A stretch of DNA of 64,000 nucleotides, taken from contig WFNO01000086.1 of assembly GCA_015488555.1 (NCBI GenBank), positions 467 to 64,466 on the forward strand, given 5' to 3'. How positions within the stretch are numbered: position 1 is the stretch's first letter; every line of letters starts with the position of its first letter. Under the pieces are notes generated by a model. It made no database searches. It was not told the origin of the DNA and saw only the letters and a program-made list of their open reading frames with translations. A program made the position numbers and the translations under genes. Positions 10,308-20,672 of this stretch are shown piece after piece. The DNA is from Gammaproteobacteria bacterium (lineage in GTDB: Bacteria > Pseudomonadota > Gammaproteobacteria > SZUA-140).

Positions 10308-11063
10308 ATGACCAAAAGAACTGCATGTGAATTCTCCCAGCAGGTCTCGTTATTGGTGGATGGAGAACTGCAGGAGATGGACAGGGAGTGCGTCGTGGAG
10401 GCCATGAAACGAGACGTCACACTGCAGCATCGCTGGCAGAATTACCATCTCATCGGTGACGCCCTCCGCAAAGATCTGCCTCCCTTCCATTTCCCCCAAC
10501 TCAGCGATCGCATCTCCGCCGCCCTTCAGAACGAACCCACCTATTTCCTGCCGCAGACCCCTTCCGTGCCCGCAAGCAATGACAGCAGGCGAAAGATCCT
10601 GGCACGCCGCTGGCAAGGTTGGGCCCTGGCCGCATCTTTGACGGCCGTGGCGGTAGTGGGAATCCTGCAGGTGGCGCCTCCAACGGGTTCGTCGGCGGAT
10701 TCTCCGGTGGTCTCGCAAGGTCCGGCGCTTTCCATTGCCCTGCAAGAAAAGATCGATCTCGACGGGGGGGGTGGTTCGAAGGGCACGGTTGCTCATGCGG
10801 GGAGCGACTTGAAGCAGGTGGTGGTCGCGCAGCAGGCGCCGCGCGATCCGGCTGCGGATCCGCAGGAAGCGGCTGCGGAACCGGTGGTCTATGCAGCGGT
10901 GGCCGTGGCCGAGGAGACCGAGGGCCTGGTAACTGCCGCCCGGGATGTCGCGGCATCCGATCTCTACGATTACCTGTTGAACTACCAGCGTTACGCCCGA
11001 ACGGTCTCTCTGGAGAACGGCTTCGATCCCACCATTCAACTAGTGGGGTACACGCCCCAATAA
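10308..11063 (+). CDS. rseA: Anti-sigma-E factor RseA/MucA
   Basis: N-terminal anti-sigma domain (SQQVSLLVDGEL..., WQNYHLIGDALR) matches RseA. ATG at 10308 is preceded by an AAGGTGG RBS; the ORF-track start at 10260 is less likely. Confidence 0.7.
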   Translation: MTKRTACEFSQQVSLLVDGELQEMDRECVVEAMKRDVTLQHRWQNYHLIGDALRKDLPPFHFPQLSDRISAALQNEPTYFLPQTPSVPASNDSRRKILARRWQGWALAASLTAVAVVGILQVAPPTGSSADSPVVSQGPALSIALQEKIDLDGGGGSKGTVAHAGSDLKQVVVAQQAPRDPAADPQEAAAEPVVYAAVAVAEETEGLVTAARDVAASDLYDYLLNYQRYARTVSLENGFDPTIQLVGYTPQ

Positions 11064-11241
11064 GCTTGGCGCCAGCGACGAGCCACCGGTTCATCGAGCG
11101 GATATGTGCAGTGGAGCGGGCGCGGCGGGCCCGTGCGGCGACTTGGGGCCCCGGCTCCCCGATGGGGAGCCGGGGCTTGTCTGTTATAGGTTATACTAGC
11201 ACTCTTCCACGACGAAGGATGTTGGATTCCTGGATCGCATC

Positions 11242-11853
11242 ATGATGACGGAGAAGGCCAAGGTGGTGGCTGTACGAGGCGAGCGGGCTCTGCTGGAGAC
11301 CCAGCGGCAGAGCGCCTGCGGCAGCTGCGCGGTGAACAAGGCCTGCGGTACCGGGGTGATCGCCAGGTACTGGAGTGCCCGGCCCCTGCGAGTGGAGGCC
11401 CACAACGAGATCGGTGCCCGGGTGGGCGAGGAAGTCCTGGTGGCGGTGGAAGACCGGTTTCTGGTGCGGGGCTCCTTGTTGGTCTATCTCTTGCCCTTGT
11501 TGGCCTTGTTCGCGGGCGGATTGTTGGGAAGTGTGGTGGGCGGCTGGCTGCAGCCTTCCACCGGTGGGTTCGAGCTTGCGGGGCAAGAGGCTGGGGCCAG
11601 AGAAGGTTGGACCATCGGTTTGGCTCTGTTGGGATTGTGGTTGGGATTCGTTGGCGCCAGGCATTGGGCCCGGCACCTGGGCGGGCGGCACGGCCTGCCC
11701 GTCATCGTGGCCCGCCCAGGATCTGTCACGGGATCCACCACGGAATCTGCGGGGGCTGGAGATTCGGACGGGGACACGGGCGGGACTTCCAGTTTGCAGG
11801 CAGTGCCGGTGCGCTGGCATACGCCGTTCAGTCAGGGTGGGGATGGATCATGA
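11242..11853 (+). CDS. rseC: Sigma-E regulatory protein RseC / SoxR-reducing system component
   Basis: Cys-rich N-terminus (CGSCAVNKACGTG) and two TM helices, like E. coli RseC. Carries a roughly 45-aa Gly/Ser-rich C-terminal extension. Confidence 0.75.
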   Translation: MMTEKAKVVAVRGERALLETQRQSACGSCAVNKACGTGVIARYWSARPLRVEAHNEIGARVGEEVLVAVEDRFLVRGSLLVYLLPLLALFAGGLLGSVVGGWLQPSTGGFELAGQEAGAREGWTIGLALLGLWLGFVGARHWARHLGGRHGLPVIVARPGSVTGSTTESAGAGDSDGDTGGTSSLQAVPVRWHTPFSQGGDGS

Positions 11854-13343
11854 CGACGATGGTTTTGGATCTGCGTGATGCACAGAGCCGTGCGCCGCGC
11901 CGCGGCGCCGGTGGGTGGCGCCGCTGGGCGGTGCTGATGTGGGTGGTACTGGGTATGGTGGGGCTGGCGGGGATGGCGTTCAGTTTGCCCACCGCGGCTG
12001 CGGCCAAGGATCTGCCGGACTTCACGGATCTCGTGGAGCAGGTGCAACCCACGGTGGTCAACATCAGTTCCACGCAGAAGGTCAAGCGAAGCCGGCGTGG
12101 ATTTCCGCATGGCCGCCCTCCGGAGGGAACGCCCTTCGACGACTTCTTCCGCCGCTTTTTCGGCGACGAGGACGGCGAGATCGAGGAATACTACGACAAG
12201 TCCCTGGGTTCCGGTTTCATCCTGTCCGAGGACGGCTATATCTTGACCAACAACCACGTCATTCGTGACGCCGACGAGATCGTGGTGCGCCTCACCGACC
12301 GGCGGGAATTCATCGCCGAAGTGGTGGGAACCGACAAGCGCAGCGACGTGGCCTTGCTCAAGATCGACGCCAAGGGCTTGCCCACGGCCAAGATCGGTTC
12401 TTCCAAGGACCTGAAGGTGGGCAGTTGGGTGCTGGCCATCGGCTCTCCCTTCGGTTTCGATTACACGGTGACGGCGGGCATCGTCAGCGCCAAGGCACGC
12501 AGCCTGCCCAACGAGAACTACGTACCCTTCATTCAAACCGACGTGGCCATCAACCCCGGCAATTCGGGCGGCCCGCTGCTGAACATGGACGGCGAAGTGG
12601 TGGGGATCAATTCCCAGATCTACAGCCGTACCGGTGGTTTCATGGGGCTGTCTTTCGCCATTCCCATCGAGGTGGTGATGGACGTGGTGGAGCAGCTCAA
12701 GACCAAGGGTAGAGTGTCGCGCGGCTGGCTGGGCATCCTCATCCAGGACGTCACCCGCGAACTGGCCGAATCCTTCGGCATGGACAAACCCATCGGTGCC
12801 CTGGTGGCGCGCGTGCTGCCGGACAGTCCGGCCGAGGCGGCCGGCTTCCAGGTGGGCGACATCATCGTCGAGTACAACGGCCAGGAAGTACCCAGCTCGG
12901 CCGCCCTGCCGCCCATGGTGGGCAGCACCAAAGTGGGCAAGAAAGTGCCGGTCAAGATCATGCGCGACGGCAAGCCGAAGGTGTTGGAAGTCACCATCAG
13001 TGAGTTGCCGGAGGAAGACGAACTCGCCCTCGGCGGCCGCGACGGAGACCAGGACATCAAGATACGGCGCCTCAACATCGTGGTCTCCAATCTCAGCGAG
13101 GAACGCAGGAAGGACCTGGAGGTGGAGGGCGGTGTCTACGTGGAATCCGTCAAATCGGGGCCGGCCTCCCGTGCCGGGCTGCGCAGCGGGGACGTGATCC
13201 TGAAATTCAACAACCACGATGTCCGCGACGTGAAGCATCTCAAGGAACTGGTCGAGCAGGTACCGGAAGGCAAGCCCGTGCCGGTCTTGGTACAGCGCGG
13301 CAGCAGTCCCATATTCCTGGCTTTGCGGATCGAGGAGGAATGA
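11850..13343 (+). CDS. degP: Periplasmic serine endoprotease DegP/MucD (HtrA family, two PDZ domains)
   Basis: ATG at 11850 overlaps the rseC stop (ATGA). Signal peptide (MWVVLGMVGLAGMAFSLPTAAAA), trypsin-like catalytic region (GNSGGPL) and two PDZ-like segments. The ORF-track N-terminal 81 aa look non-coding. Confidence 0.85.
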   Translation: MTTMVLDLRDAQSRAPRRGAGGWRRWAVLMWVVLGMVGLAGMAFSLPTAAAAKDLPDFTDLVEQVQPTVVNISSTQKVKRSRRGFPHGRPPEGTPFDDFFRRFFGDEDGEIEEYYDKSLGSGFILSEDGYILTNNHVIRDADEIVVRLTDRREFIAEVVGTDKRSDVALLKIDAKGLPTAKIGSSKDLKVGSWVLAIGSPFGFDYTVTAGIVSAKARSLPNENYVPFIQTDVAINPGNSGGPLLNMDGEVVGINSQIYSRTGGFMGLSFAIPIEVVMDVVEQLKTKGRVSRGWLGILIQDVTRELAESFGMDKPIGALVARVLPDSPAEAAGFQVGDIIVEYNGQEVPSSAALPPMVGSTKVGKKVPVKIMRDGKPKVLEVTISELPEEDELALGGRDGDQDIKIRRLNIVVSNLSEERRKDLEVEGGVYVESVKSGPASRAGLRSGDVILKFNNHDVRDVKHLKELVEQVPEGKPVPVLVQRGSSPIFLALRIEEE

Positions 13344-13471
13344 GCGCAGGGAAGTGAGCCGCAGCGCTGCGCCCGGTGCGGGGCCTGCCGGTGCCGCGAG
13401 ATGCGCCGACACCGGCGCGGCCTCATCGCTCCGATCCCTTTGCGGCCTTGTACCTGGCCTCGCCCCGCGGC

Positions 13472-15280
13472 ATGAAAGAGCCGATGCAGCACATTCGTAA
13501 TTTTTCCATCATCGCCCACATCGACCATGGCAAGTCCACCCTCGCCGACCGCCTCATCCAGATCTGTGGCGGTTTGAGCGAACGGGAGATGTCCGAGCAG
13601 GTCCTGGATTCCATGGAGCTGGAGCGAGAGCGGGGCATCACCATCAAGGCCCAGAGCGTTTCGCTGCGCTACCAGGCCCGCGACGGCCGGAACTATCTGC
13701 TGAATTTCATCGACACGCCCGGGCATGTGGATTTTTCCTACGAGGTGTCCCGCTCCCTGGCCGCCTGCGAGGGTGCCCTGCTGGTGGTGGATGCCTCACA
13801 GGGAGTGGAGGCGCAGACGGTGGCCAATTGCTACACCGCCATCGAACAGGGTCTGGAAGTGCTGCCGGTGCTCAACAAGATCGATCTGCCCACCGCCGAG
13901 CCCGAGCGTGTCATTCAGGAGATCGAGGAGATCATCGGCATCGAAGCCCAGGATGCGGTGCGCATCAGTGCCAAGACCGGCGCGGGTGTGGAGGAACTGC
14001 TGGAGCGGCTCATCGACGCCATTCCTCCGCCCGAGGGCGATCCCGAAGCGCCGCTCCAGGCCCTGATCATCGATTCCTGGTTCGACAACTTCCTAGGGGT
14101 GGTGTCCCTGGTGCGTATCCAGCAGGGGACCCTGCGCAGTGGTGATCGGCTCACCGTGATGTCCACCGGGCGCGGCTACCAGGCCAACAAGGTGGGAATT
14201 TACACGCCCAAGGCGCAGGAGACGGGCGTATTGCGGGCAGGCGAAGTGGGTTTCGTCATCGCCGGCATCAAGGAAGTGGACGGCGCGCCGGTGGGCGATA
14301 CCTTCACCCACACCCATGCGCCGGCGGCGGCGCCCCTGCCGGGGTTCAAGGCCGTCAAGCCCCAGGTGTTCGCCGGTCTCTATCCCGTCAATGCCGACGA
14401 CTACGAGGCCTTGCGTGAGGCCCTGGCCAAGCTGCGCCTCAACGACGCCGCCCTGTTCTACGAACCCGAGACCTCGCAGGCGCTGGGCTTCGGTTTTCGC
14501 TGCGGCTTCCTGGGCATGTTGCACATGGAGATCGTGCAGGAACGCCTGGAACGGGAATACGGCCTGGATCTGGTGACCACCGCGCCCACCGTGGTCTACG
14601 AGGTACTCACCCGCAAGGGGGAGATCCTGCGGGTGGACAATCCCGCGCGCCTGCCCAATCCCGGCCAGATCGAAGAGATCCGCGAGCCCATCATCCAGGC
14701 CGACATCCTGGTGCCCCAGGCCCACGTGGGGGCGGTGATCAACCTGTGCGTGGAGAAACGCGGGATCCAGAAAAAGATGCACTACCACGGCAATCAGGTG
14801 GCCCTGAGCTATGAGCTGCCCATGAACGAGGTGGTGTTGGATTTCTACGATCGGTTAAAATCCGTGAGCCGGGGCTACGCCTCCCTGGACTATACGTTCT
14901 TGCGTTTCCAGGCGTCCGATCTGGTGAAGCTGGATTTGCTCATCAACGGCGAGCGGGTGGACGCCTTGTCGCTCATCGTCCATCGCGATCGGGCCGCGCA
15001 GCGGGGGCGGGAACTGGCGGAGAAGATGCGCGAGCTGATTCCGCGGCAGATGTTCGACGTGGCCATCCAGGCGGCCATCGGTTCTCAGATCATCGCCCGC
15101 GAGACCGTCAAGGCCCTGCGCAAGAACGTCACCGCCAAGTGTTACGGCGGCGACGTCACCCGCAAGCGCAAACTGCTGGAGAAACAGAAGGCGGGGAAGC
15201 GCCGCATGAAACAAGTGGGAACGGTGGAGATTCCCCAGGACGCCTTCCTGGCCGTCTTGCATACAGGAAAGAAATCATGA
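13472..15280 (+). CDS. lepA: Elongation factor 4 (LepA)
   Basis: Colinear with E. coli LepA from [24 protein letters not shown] to the C-terminus. Start chosen at the conserved N-terminus; an alternative ATG lies at 13484. Confidence 0.95.
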   Translation: MKEPMQHIRNFSIIAHIDHGKSTLADRLIQICGGLSEREMSEQVLDSMELERERGITIKAQSVSLRYQARDGRNYLLNFIDTPGHVDFSYEVSRSLAACEGALLVVDASQGVEAQTVANCYTAIEQGLEVLPVLNKIDLPTAEPERVIQEIEEIIGIEAQDAVRISAKTGAGVEELLERLIDAIPPPEGDPEAPLQALIIDSWFDNFLGVVSLVRIQQGTLRSGDRLTVMSTGRGYQANKVGIYTPKAQETGVLRAGEVGFVIAGIKEVDGAPVGDTFTHTHAPAAAPLPGFKAVKPQVFAGLYPVNADDYEALREALAKLRLNDAALFYEPETSQALGFGFRCGFLGMLHMEIVQERLEREYGLDLVTTAPTVVYEVLTRKGEILRVDNPARLPNPGQIEEIREPIIQADILVPQAHVGAVINLCVEKRGIQKKMHYHGNQVALSYELPMNEVVLDFYDRLKSVSRGYASLDYTFLRFQASDLVKLDLLINGERVDALSLIVHRDRAAQRGRELAEKMRELIPRQMFDVAIQAAIGSQIIARETVKALRKNVTAKCYGGDVTRKRKLLEKQKAGKRRMKQVGTVEIPQDAFLAVLHTGKKS

Positions 15281-16110
15281 ACTTCGATTTTCAAGCTGTC
15301 ATGCTCCTGGCCCTGGTGGCCACGGGGCTGATCTGGGCGGTGGATGCGGTCAAGTATGCTCCACGCCGGCGCGAGGCCCTGGTCAAGGCCACGGGATCCG
15401 CCGGGGGCGAGCTGGACGAGGAGACCATCAATCGCATCACCAAGGAGCCGCTGCTGGTGGAGTATGCGCGCTCCTTCTTTCCCATCATCCTGGTGGTGCT
15501 CCTGCTGCGCTCCTTCGTCGTGGAGCCGTTCCGCATCCCTTCCGCCTCCATGATGCCGACCCTGCAGGTGGGCGATTTCATTTTGGTGAGCAAATATGCC
15601 TATGGCGTGCGCCTGCCGTTACTGGGCACCGAGATCCTCGAGACCGGCGAGCCCCGGCGCGGCGACGTGGTGGTGTTCCGCTTTCCCCAAGATCCCTCCG
15701 TGGACTACATCAAACGCGTGGTGGGCCTGCCGGGGGATCGCATCGGCTATTTCGGCAAGGTACTCTACGTCAATGGCGAGCCGGCACCACAGGAGATCCT
15801 CGGCACCTATACCGGGGTCGGCGCCGGGCGCTCGCTCAGCGGTGCCAGCCTGCGCCTGGAACGCCTGGACGGTGTCGAATATCAGATCCTGATTCAGCGG
15901 GACCGGCGGCGTTTGGGAGAGGGCGAGTACGTGGTGCCCGAAGGGCACTATTTCGTGATGGGAGACAACCGCGACAACAGCAACGACAGCCGCTTTTGGG
16001 GTACCGTGCCAGAGGAGAACCTGGTGGGCAAGGCCTTCATGATCTGGATGAACTGGGATGCCAGCAAGGGAGGGATCAACTGGGAGCGCATCGGCATGCG
16101 CATTCACTGA
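15277..16110 (+). CDS. lepB: Signal peptidase I
   Basis: ATG overlaps the lepA stop (ATGA). Catalytic Ser box (SMMPTL), Lys box (KRVVGLPGD) and the [14 protein letters not shown] motif. Confidence 0.9.
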   Translation: MNFDFQAVMLLALVATGLIWAVDAVKYAPRRREALVKATGSAGGELDEETINRITKEPLLVEYARSFFPIILVVLLLRSFVVEPFRIPSASMMPTLQVGDFILVSKYAYGVRLPLLGTEILETGEPRRGDVVVFRFPQDPSVDYIKRVVGLPGDRIGYFGKVLYVNGEPAPQEILGTYTGVGAGRSLSGASLRLERLDGVEYQILIQRDRRRLGEGEYVVPEGHYFVMGDNRDNSNDSRFWGTVPEENLVGKAFMIWMNWDASKGGINWERIGMRIH

Positions 16111-16280
16111 TTCGAGTGGTCAAGCAAAAGGGGGAGGACATGAGCCTGAGCGAGAGAACATGCCGGGAGGCAAAGGTGGGCTGCCGGGAAGAGACGCGGC
16201 TCGCTGGATCAGGGAGACGGACAAGATGGCCAGGAACCGCGCTGGATGTCGTCTGTTTGTCCCGCCTACATCCGCGACGG

Positions 16281-16637
16281 ATGGCGGGAGTGACAGCGCT
16301 GTCGTTCTTGTTGCTGCTGGTGATTATCGGTTTCTTTGCCTTGCTCGTTATCCGCCTTCTTCCAGTCTATCTCGAAAATTACAACGTCACCAGTGCGCTC
16401 AAATCGGTACAGAATGAGGCCCTGATGGAATCGCTCAGCAATGCGGAGATCAAGACCCGATTGTTGCGGCGTTTCGAGATCAACGACGTCACCCACGTCG
16501 AGCACCAGGACATCCGGATTGAGACTGAAGCGAACAAGCGGAAAATCATCGTGGCCTACGAGGTGCGCGAACCTTTCCTCGGCAACGTGGATCTGGTGGT
16601 GAGTTTCGACGAGCAAGTGGAAATCCGGGGCCGTTGA
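16281..16637 (+). CDS. DUF4845-like small membrane protein found between lepB and rnc
   Basis: N-terminal TM helix (ALSFLLLLVIIGFFALLVIRLL) followed by a conserved soluble region. The start is uncertain; an upstream in-frame ATG at 16140 has a poorly spaced RBS. Confidence 0.5.
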   Translation: MAGVTALSFLLLLVIIGFFALLVIRLLPVYLENYNVTSALKSVQNEALMESLSNAEIKTRLLRRFEINDVTHVEHQDIRIETEANKRKIIVAYEVREPFLGNVDLVVSFDEQVEIRGR

Positions 16638-17320
16638 AAAATCTGGAAGACAAACTCGGTTACCGTTTTCGCGACCCGGAACTGCTACGCCGCGCTCTCA
16701 CTCACCGCAGCGCCGGCAGCGATCACAACGAACGGCTGGAATTCCTCGGAGACGCAGTGCTCAATCTGGCGGTGGCCGAAGTCCTGTACGAGCGTTTTCC
16801 GCAGGCCGACGAAGGGCGGTTGAGCCGCCTGCGAGCGAGCCTGGTACGCGGCGAGACCCTGGCTGAGGCCGCACGCCGCATCCAGCTGGGTGCCGCCTTG
16901 CACCTGGGGCCGGGGGAGATGAAAAGCGGCGGGTTCCACCGCGATTCCATCCTCGCGGGGGCCCTGGAGGCGGTCATCGGCGCCGTCTATCTGGAAGGGG
17001 GGCTGGCGGCGGCCCGCCCGGTGGTGCAGCGCTTGCTGGCCCAGGAGCTGCAACAGGCCTCGCCCGATACCGCTTTCAAGGACGCCAAGACCCGCCTGCA
17101 GGAATACCTGCAGGGGCGCCGCCTGCCCCTGCCCCATTACAGCATCGTCGCCGTGAAAGGCAGCGACCATGCCCAGGAGTTCGAAGTAGAGTGCCGCGTC
17201 AGCGGGCTGGCGGAAGGTGTACGCGGGCGCGGCAGCAGCCGCCGCAAGGCCGAGCAACAGGCTGCCGCCCGGGCCCTGGAACGCCTGCAAGAGGGTGCCT
17301 CCACCGCGCCTCCGACCTGA
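16634..17320 (+). CDS. rnc: Ribonuclease III
   Basis: TTG start. ERLEFLGDAVL signature and dsRBD; colinear with E. coli Rnc. Confidence 0.9.
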   Translation: MKNLEDKLGYRFRDPELLRRALTHRSAGSDHNERLEFLGDAVLNLAVAEVLYERFPQADEGRLSRLRASLVRGETLAEAARRIQLGAALHLGPGEMKSGGFHRDSILAGALEAVIGAVYLEGGLAAARPVVQRLLAQELQQASPDTAFKDAKTRLQEYLQGRRLPLPHYSIVAVKGSDHAQEFEVECRVSGLAEGVRGRGSSRRKAEQQAAARALERLQEGASTAPPT

Positions 17321-17387
17321 ACGGCCGATGCGCCCGGAGATGTCTGTTCTCTCGTTTCCGCGCTTGTTCTCGCATACGCCATCGGAC

Positions 17388-18398
17388 ATGACACCAGCAG
17401 AGCTACCTCCGCCAGGCAAACGGCCGGAAGACGAGCGCCCGAAAGGCAGGCACTCGGAGGACGTCGCTCCCGCGCCGCCCTCGGGAGGACTGGTAGGAGA
17501 ATTGGCAGGAGAACTGGATCACTGCGGCTATGTGGCCATCGTCGGCCGCCCCAACGTGGGCAAGTCCACCCTGCTCAACTGCATCCTCGGGCAGAAGATC
17601 AGCATCACCTCGCGCAAGCCCCAGACCACCCGCCACCGCATCCTGGGGATCAAGACCACCAAACGATCCCAGGTCGTCTACGTGGACACGCCGGGCGTGC
17701 ATCGCGGCGCCAGGCGCGCCATGAACCGGCTCATGAACCGCGCCGCCTTGGAGTCTTTGCAAGACGTGGATCTCGTTCTCCTGGTGGTGGAGGCCCTGCG
17801 CTGGACTGCGGAGGAGGACGACCTCCTCGCCCGGCTGCGCCGTATCCAACGGCCGGTGATCCTGGCCATCAACAAGGTGGACAAGGTCAAACCCAAGGAG
17901 AAGTTGTTGCCTTACCTGGACGAGATGGCACGCCGCCATCCGTTCGCCGAGCTGATTCCCATTGCCGCGCGCAGCGGCAAGCACGTGGCGTTGCTGGAAC
18001 AGCGCATCACCGCCTTGTTGCCGCCCGGTCCCCCCTTGTTTCCTGCGGATCAGATCACGGACCGTAGCGAGCGCTTCCTGGCCGCGGAGCTGGTGCGCGA
18101 AAAGCTCATGCGCCGCCTCGGCGCCGAGTTGCCCTATGCCCTCACGGTGGAGATCGAGCAGTTCGTCCAGGAGCGAGGACTGGCGCGCATCCATGCCCTG
18201 ATCTGGGTGGAGCGCCCGGGCCAAAAGGCCATCGTGGTGGGGCACCAGGGGCGCGTGCTCAAGGAAGTGGGCAGCCAGGCCCGCCAGGAGCTGGAGCAGA
18301 TGTTGGGTTGCAAGGTCTTCTTGCAGCTCTGGGTCAAGGTGAAGGAGAAATGGAGCGACGATGAACGGATGCTGCGGCGTCTGGGCTACTCGGAATGA
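17388..18398 (+). CDS. era: GTPase Era
   Basis: G1 motif GRPNVGKST, DTPG, NKVD and a KH domain; colinear with E. coli Era. The ATG at 17388 gives a roughly 40-aa N-terminal extension; an in-frame TTG at 17502 would give an E. coli-length protein. Confidence 0.8.
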   Translation: MTPAELPPPGKRPEDERPKGRHSEDVAPAPPSGGLVGELAGELDHCGYVAIVGRPNVGKSTLLNCILGQKISITSRKPQTTRHRILGIKTTKRSQVVYVDTPGVHRGARRAMNRLMNRAALESLQDVDLVLLVVEALRWTAEEDDLLARLRRIQRPVILAINKVDKVKPKEKLLPYLDEMARRHPFAELIPIAARSGKHVALLEQRITALLPPGPPLFPADQITDRSERFLAAELVREKLMRRLGAELPYALTVEIEQFVQERGLARIHALIWVERPGQKAIVVGHQGRVLKEVGSQARQELEQMLGCKVFLQLWVKVKEKWSDDERMLRRLGYSE

Positions 18399-18409
18399 GG
18401 GGAGCAGCG

Positions 18410-19213
18410 ATGGCTGAGTCCCGCGCGGCCCTGGAGACGGTCTACGTCCTGCACCGCCGGCCTTACCGGGACAGCAGCCTGATCCTGGAATTGCTCGGAC
18501 GCCACCAGGGCCGCCTGGCCGTACTGGCCCGCGGCGTGCGCCGGCCGCGCGCGCGCAGGCTCCAGATTCTGGAGCCTTTTCGTCCCTTGTTGGCCGCCTG
18601 GCGCGGGCGCGGGGAATTGCCCGTGCTCACTTGCGCCGAACCCGTTTCCGGCCGGCGCTGGCTGGCGCCGGCCCTGTTGCCGCATGGTTTCTATCTCAAC
18701 GAACTGCTGCTGTGCCTGTTGCATCGCAACGACCCGGTGCCGGAGATCTTCCAGGCCTACGACCAGGCGCTGGCGGCGCTGGCGCAGGCGCCACGGCCCG
18801 CGGGCCCGGAGCTGGAGCGCCACCTGCGCATCTTCGAGAAGCGCCTGCTGGAAGCCTTGGGCTATGGTCTCGATCTGCATTACGATAGGCAGGGCAAGCC
18901 CATCGAACCCGATCGCCCTTATCGTTATCGGTTCCGCGAGGGGGCCGTGGCGGTTGCGGCGGTGCAAGGCGGGGCGGCGCTTCCGTCCGCCGAACGGGAG
19001 GGGGGTGAGGTGATCGTGCAAGGACGCACCCTGCTGAATCTGGCCGCCGGGTGCTTGGAGGATGCCCGCAGCCTGCAGGAGAGCAAGCGGCTGCTGCGCC
19101 TGGTGCTGGCGGGGCTGCTGGGAGATCGCCCCCTCCACAGCCGCAAGTTGTGGCGGCCGGACGTGCCCACGGGCGTTGCTCCCGTGCAAGACCTGATCGA
19201 AGATCCATCATGA
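18410..19213 (+). CDS. recO: DNA repair protein RecO
   Basis: ATG at 18410 preceded by a GAGGGGAG RBS. RecO-like N-terminal OB region and conserved gene order after era. Confidence 0.8.
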   Translation: MAESRAALETVYVLHRRPYRDSSLILELLGRHQGRLAVLARGVRRPRARRLQILEPFRPLLAAWRGRGELPVLTCAEPVSGRRWLAPALLPHGFYLNELLLCLLHRNDPVPEIFQAYDQALAALAQAPRPAGPELERHLRIFEKRLLEALGYGLDLHYDRQGKPIEPDRPYRYRFREGAVAVAAVQGGAALPSAEREGGEVIVQGRTLLNLAAGCLEDARSLQESKRLLRLVLAGLLGDRPLHSRKLWRPDVPTGVAPVQDLIEDPS

Positions 19214-19220
19214 GCCCGTT

Positions 19221-20018
19221 ATGAGTCCTGGTACGGAACGAGACACGGAACGAGATCGCCGGACGGCAGCCGCTCCAGGGGGCGAGATCCTGCTGGGGGT
19301 GAACATCGACCACGTGGCCACCCTGCGCCAGGCGCGTGGAACCCGCTATCCGGAACCCGTACAGGCCGCGCTGGTGGCCGAGGAGGCCGGTGCCGACGGC
19401 ATCACCCTGCATCTGCGGGAAGACCGGCGTCACATCCAGGAGCGGGACGTCACCCTGCTCAAGGAGGTGTTGCAGACCCGCATGAACCTGGAGATGGCGG
19501 TCACCGAGGAGATGCTGGCCATCGCCGAGCGTATCCGCCCCCAGGATTGCTGTCTGGTGCCGGAGCGCCGGGAAGAACTGACCACCGAAGGCGGGTTGGA
19601 CGTCTGCAGCCAGGAGGCACGCATCCGTGAAGCCTGCCAGCGCCTGGTGGCGGCCGGCTGCCGGGTGTCTCTGTTCATCGACGCCGAACCCCGCCAGATC
19701 GAGGCCGCCGTACGCTGCGGGGCGCCATGCGTGGAGATCCACACCGGTCATTATGCCGATGCCCCTACGCCCGCCGAACGCGACTGCGAACTGGAGCGCA
19801 TCCGCGAGGCCGCCCGCCTGGCAGCGGCCGCGGGCCTGCAGGTCAACGCCGGACATGGCCTGCACTATCACAACGTCATGGCCGTCGCCGCCCTGCCCGA
19901 GATCCGCGAACTCAACATCGGCCATGCCATCGTCGCCCGGGCCCTGTTCAGCGGCCTGGCGCAGGCCGTGCGGGAGATGAAACGCCTCATGCGCGAGGCC
20001 CGCGGGAGCGGCTCGTGA
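19221..20018 (+). CDS. pdxJ: Pyridoxine 5'-phosphate synthase
   Basis: [17 protein letters not shown]..., [15 protein letters not shown]. Colinear with E. coli PdxJ, with a roughly 20-aa N-terminal extension if the ATG at 19221 is used. Confidence 0.9.
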   Translation: MSPGTERDTERDRRTAAAPGGEILLGVNIDHVATLRQARGTRYPEPVQAALVAEEAGADGITLHLREDRRHIQERDVTLLKEVLQTRMNLEMAVTEEMLAIAERIRPQDCCLVPERREELTTEGGLDVCSQEARIREACQRLVAAGCRVSLFIDAEPRQIEAAVRCGAPCVEIHTGHYADAPTPAERDCELERIREAARLAAAAGLQVNAGHGLHYHNVMAVAALPEIRELNIGHAIVARALFSGLAQAVREMKRLMREARGSGS

Positions 20019-20106
20019 TCCCCCCGAAAAGGCATGCGAGAAGGCAGGGGCGGGGGAGTTCGCTGGCCGGTGTCTCGGAGAAGGGGAACACCCGGAGGAA
20101 GGAGCG

Positions 20107-20511
20107 TTGGGCCTAGTTCACGGCATCGGCACCGACATCGTCCGCGTATCGCGCATGGCCGCCAGCCTGGAGCGCCATGGAGAGCGCTTCGCCCGGCGCA
20201 TTCTGGCGGGAGCGGAATTGGCGGAATTCCGTGACAGCCGCCGGCAGGCCCACTTCCTCGCCAAACGCTTCGCCGCCAAGGAGGCCATGGTCAAGGCCCT
20301 GGGCACCGGTTTCCGGGACGGACTCACCTTGCAGCAGATCCAGGTGACCCACGACGCCCGGGGCAGGCCCGCCCTGGACTATTGCGGCCGCGCCCGCGAA
20401 CTCTGCCGGACCCTAGGCATTCGCGAGGCCCATTTGAGCCTGGCGGACGAGGAGGACTACGCCATCGCCTTCGTGCTGCTGCTGGCCGGTGGTTTCACCG
20501 CCCCCCCTTGA
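20107..20511 (+). CDS. acpS: Holo-[acyl-carrier-protein] synthase
   Basis: TTG start. GIGTDIV..., FAAKEAMVKALGTG; aligns with E. coli AcpS. Confidence 0.85.
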   Translation: MGLVHGIGTDIVRVSRMAASLERHGERFARRILAGAELAEFRDSRRQAHFLAKRFAAKEAMVKALGTGFRDGLTLQQIQVTHDARGRPALDYCGRARELCRTLGIREAHLSLADEEDYAIAFVLLLAGGFTAPP

Positions 20512-20552
20512 AACGCGCCCCGCGGGTTTGCTAACATGTCGCATGCGACAGG

Positions 20553-20629
<77 letters not shown>

Positions 20630-20672
20630 TTTTTTTGCCTGAGGAACCACCTGTAGAGTACACCGAGAAAAC

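Noticed and set aside
11607-11849. Upstream 81 codons of the ORF-track degP product, plus similar 5' extensions for lepA, lepB, rimP, rbfA, cysM, kdsB and others
   Set aside because: These extensions overlap the preceding genes and lack conservation. Starts were moved to the codons matching conserved N-termini of the respective families.
13344-13471. 10-bp perfect palindrome GCAGCGCTGC in the degP-lepA spacer as a terminator
   Set aside because: Not followed by a T-run on either strand. GC-rich palindromes of this size are common by chance in this genome.
16140-16280. Alternative upstream start (ATG 16140) for the DUF4845-like gene
   Set aside because: The GGGGGAGG motif is only 2 nt from the ATG (poor spacing). 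The conserved TM helix begins right after the ATG at 16281. Kept as an uncertainty rather than called.
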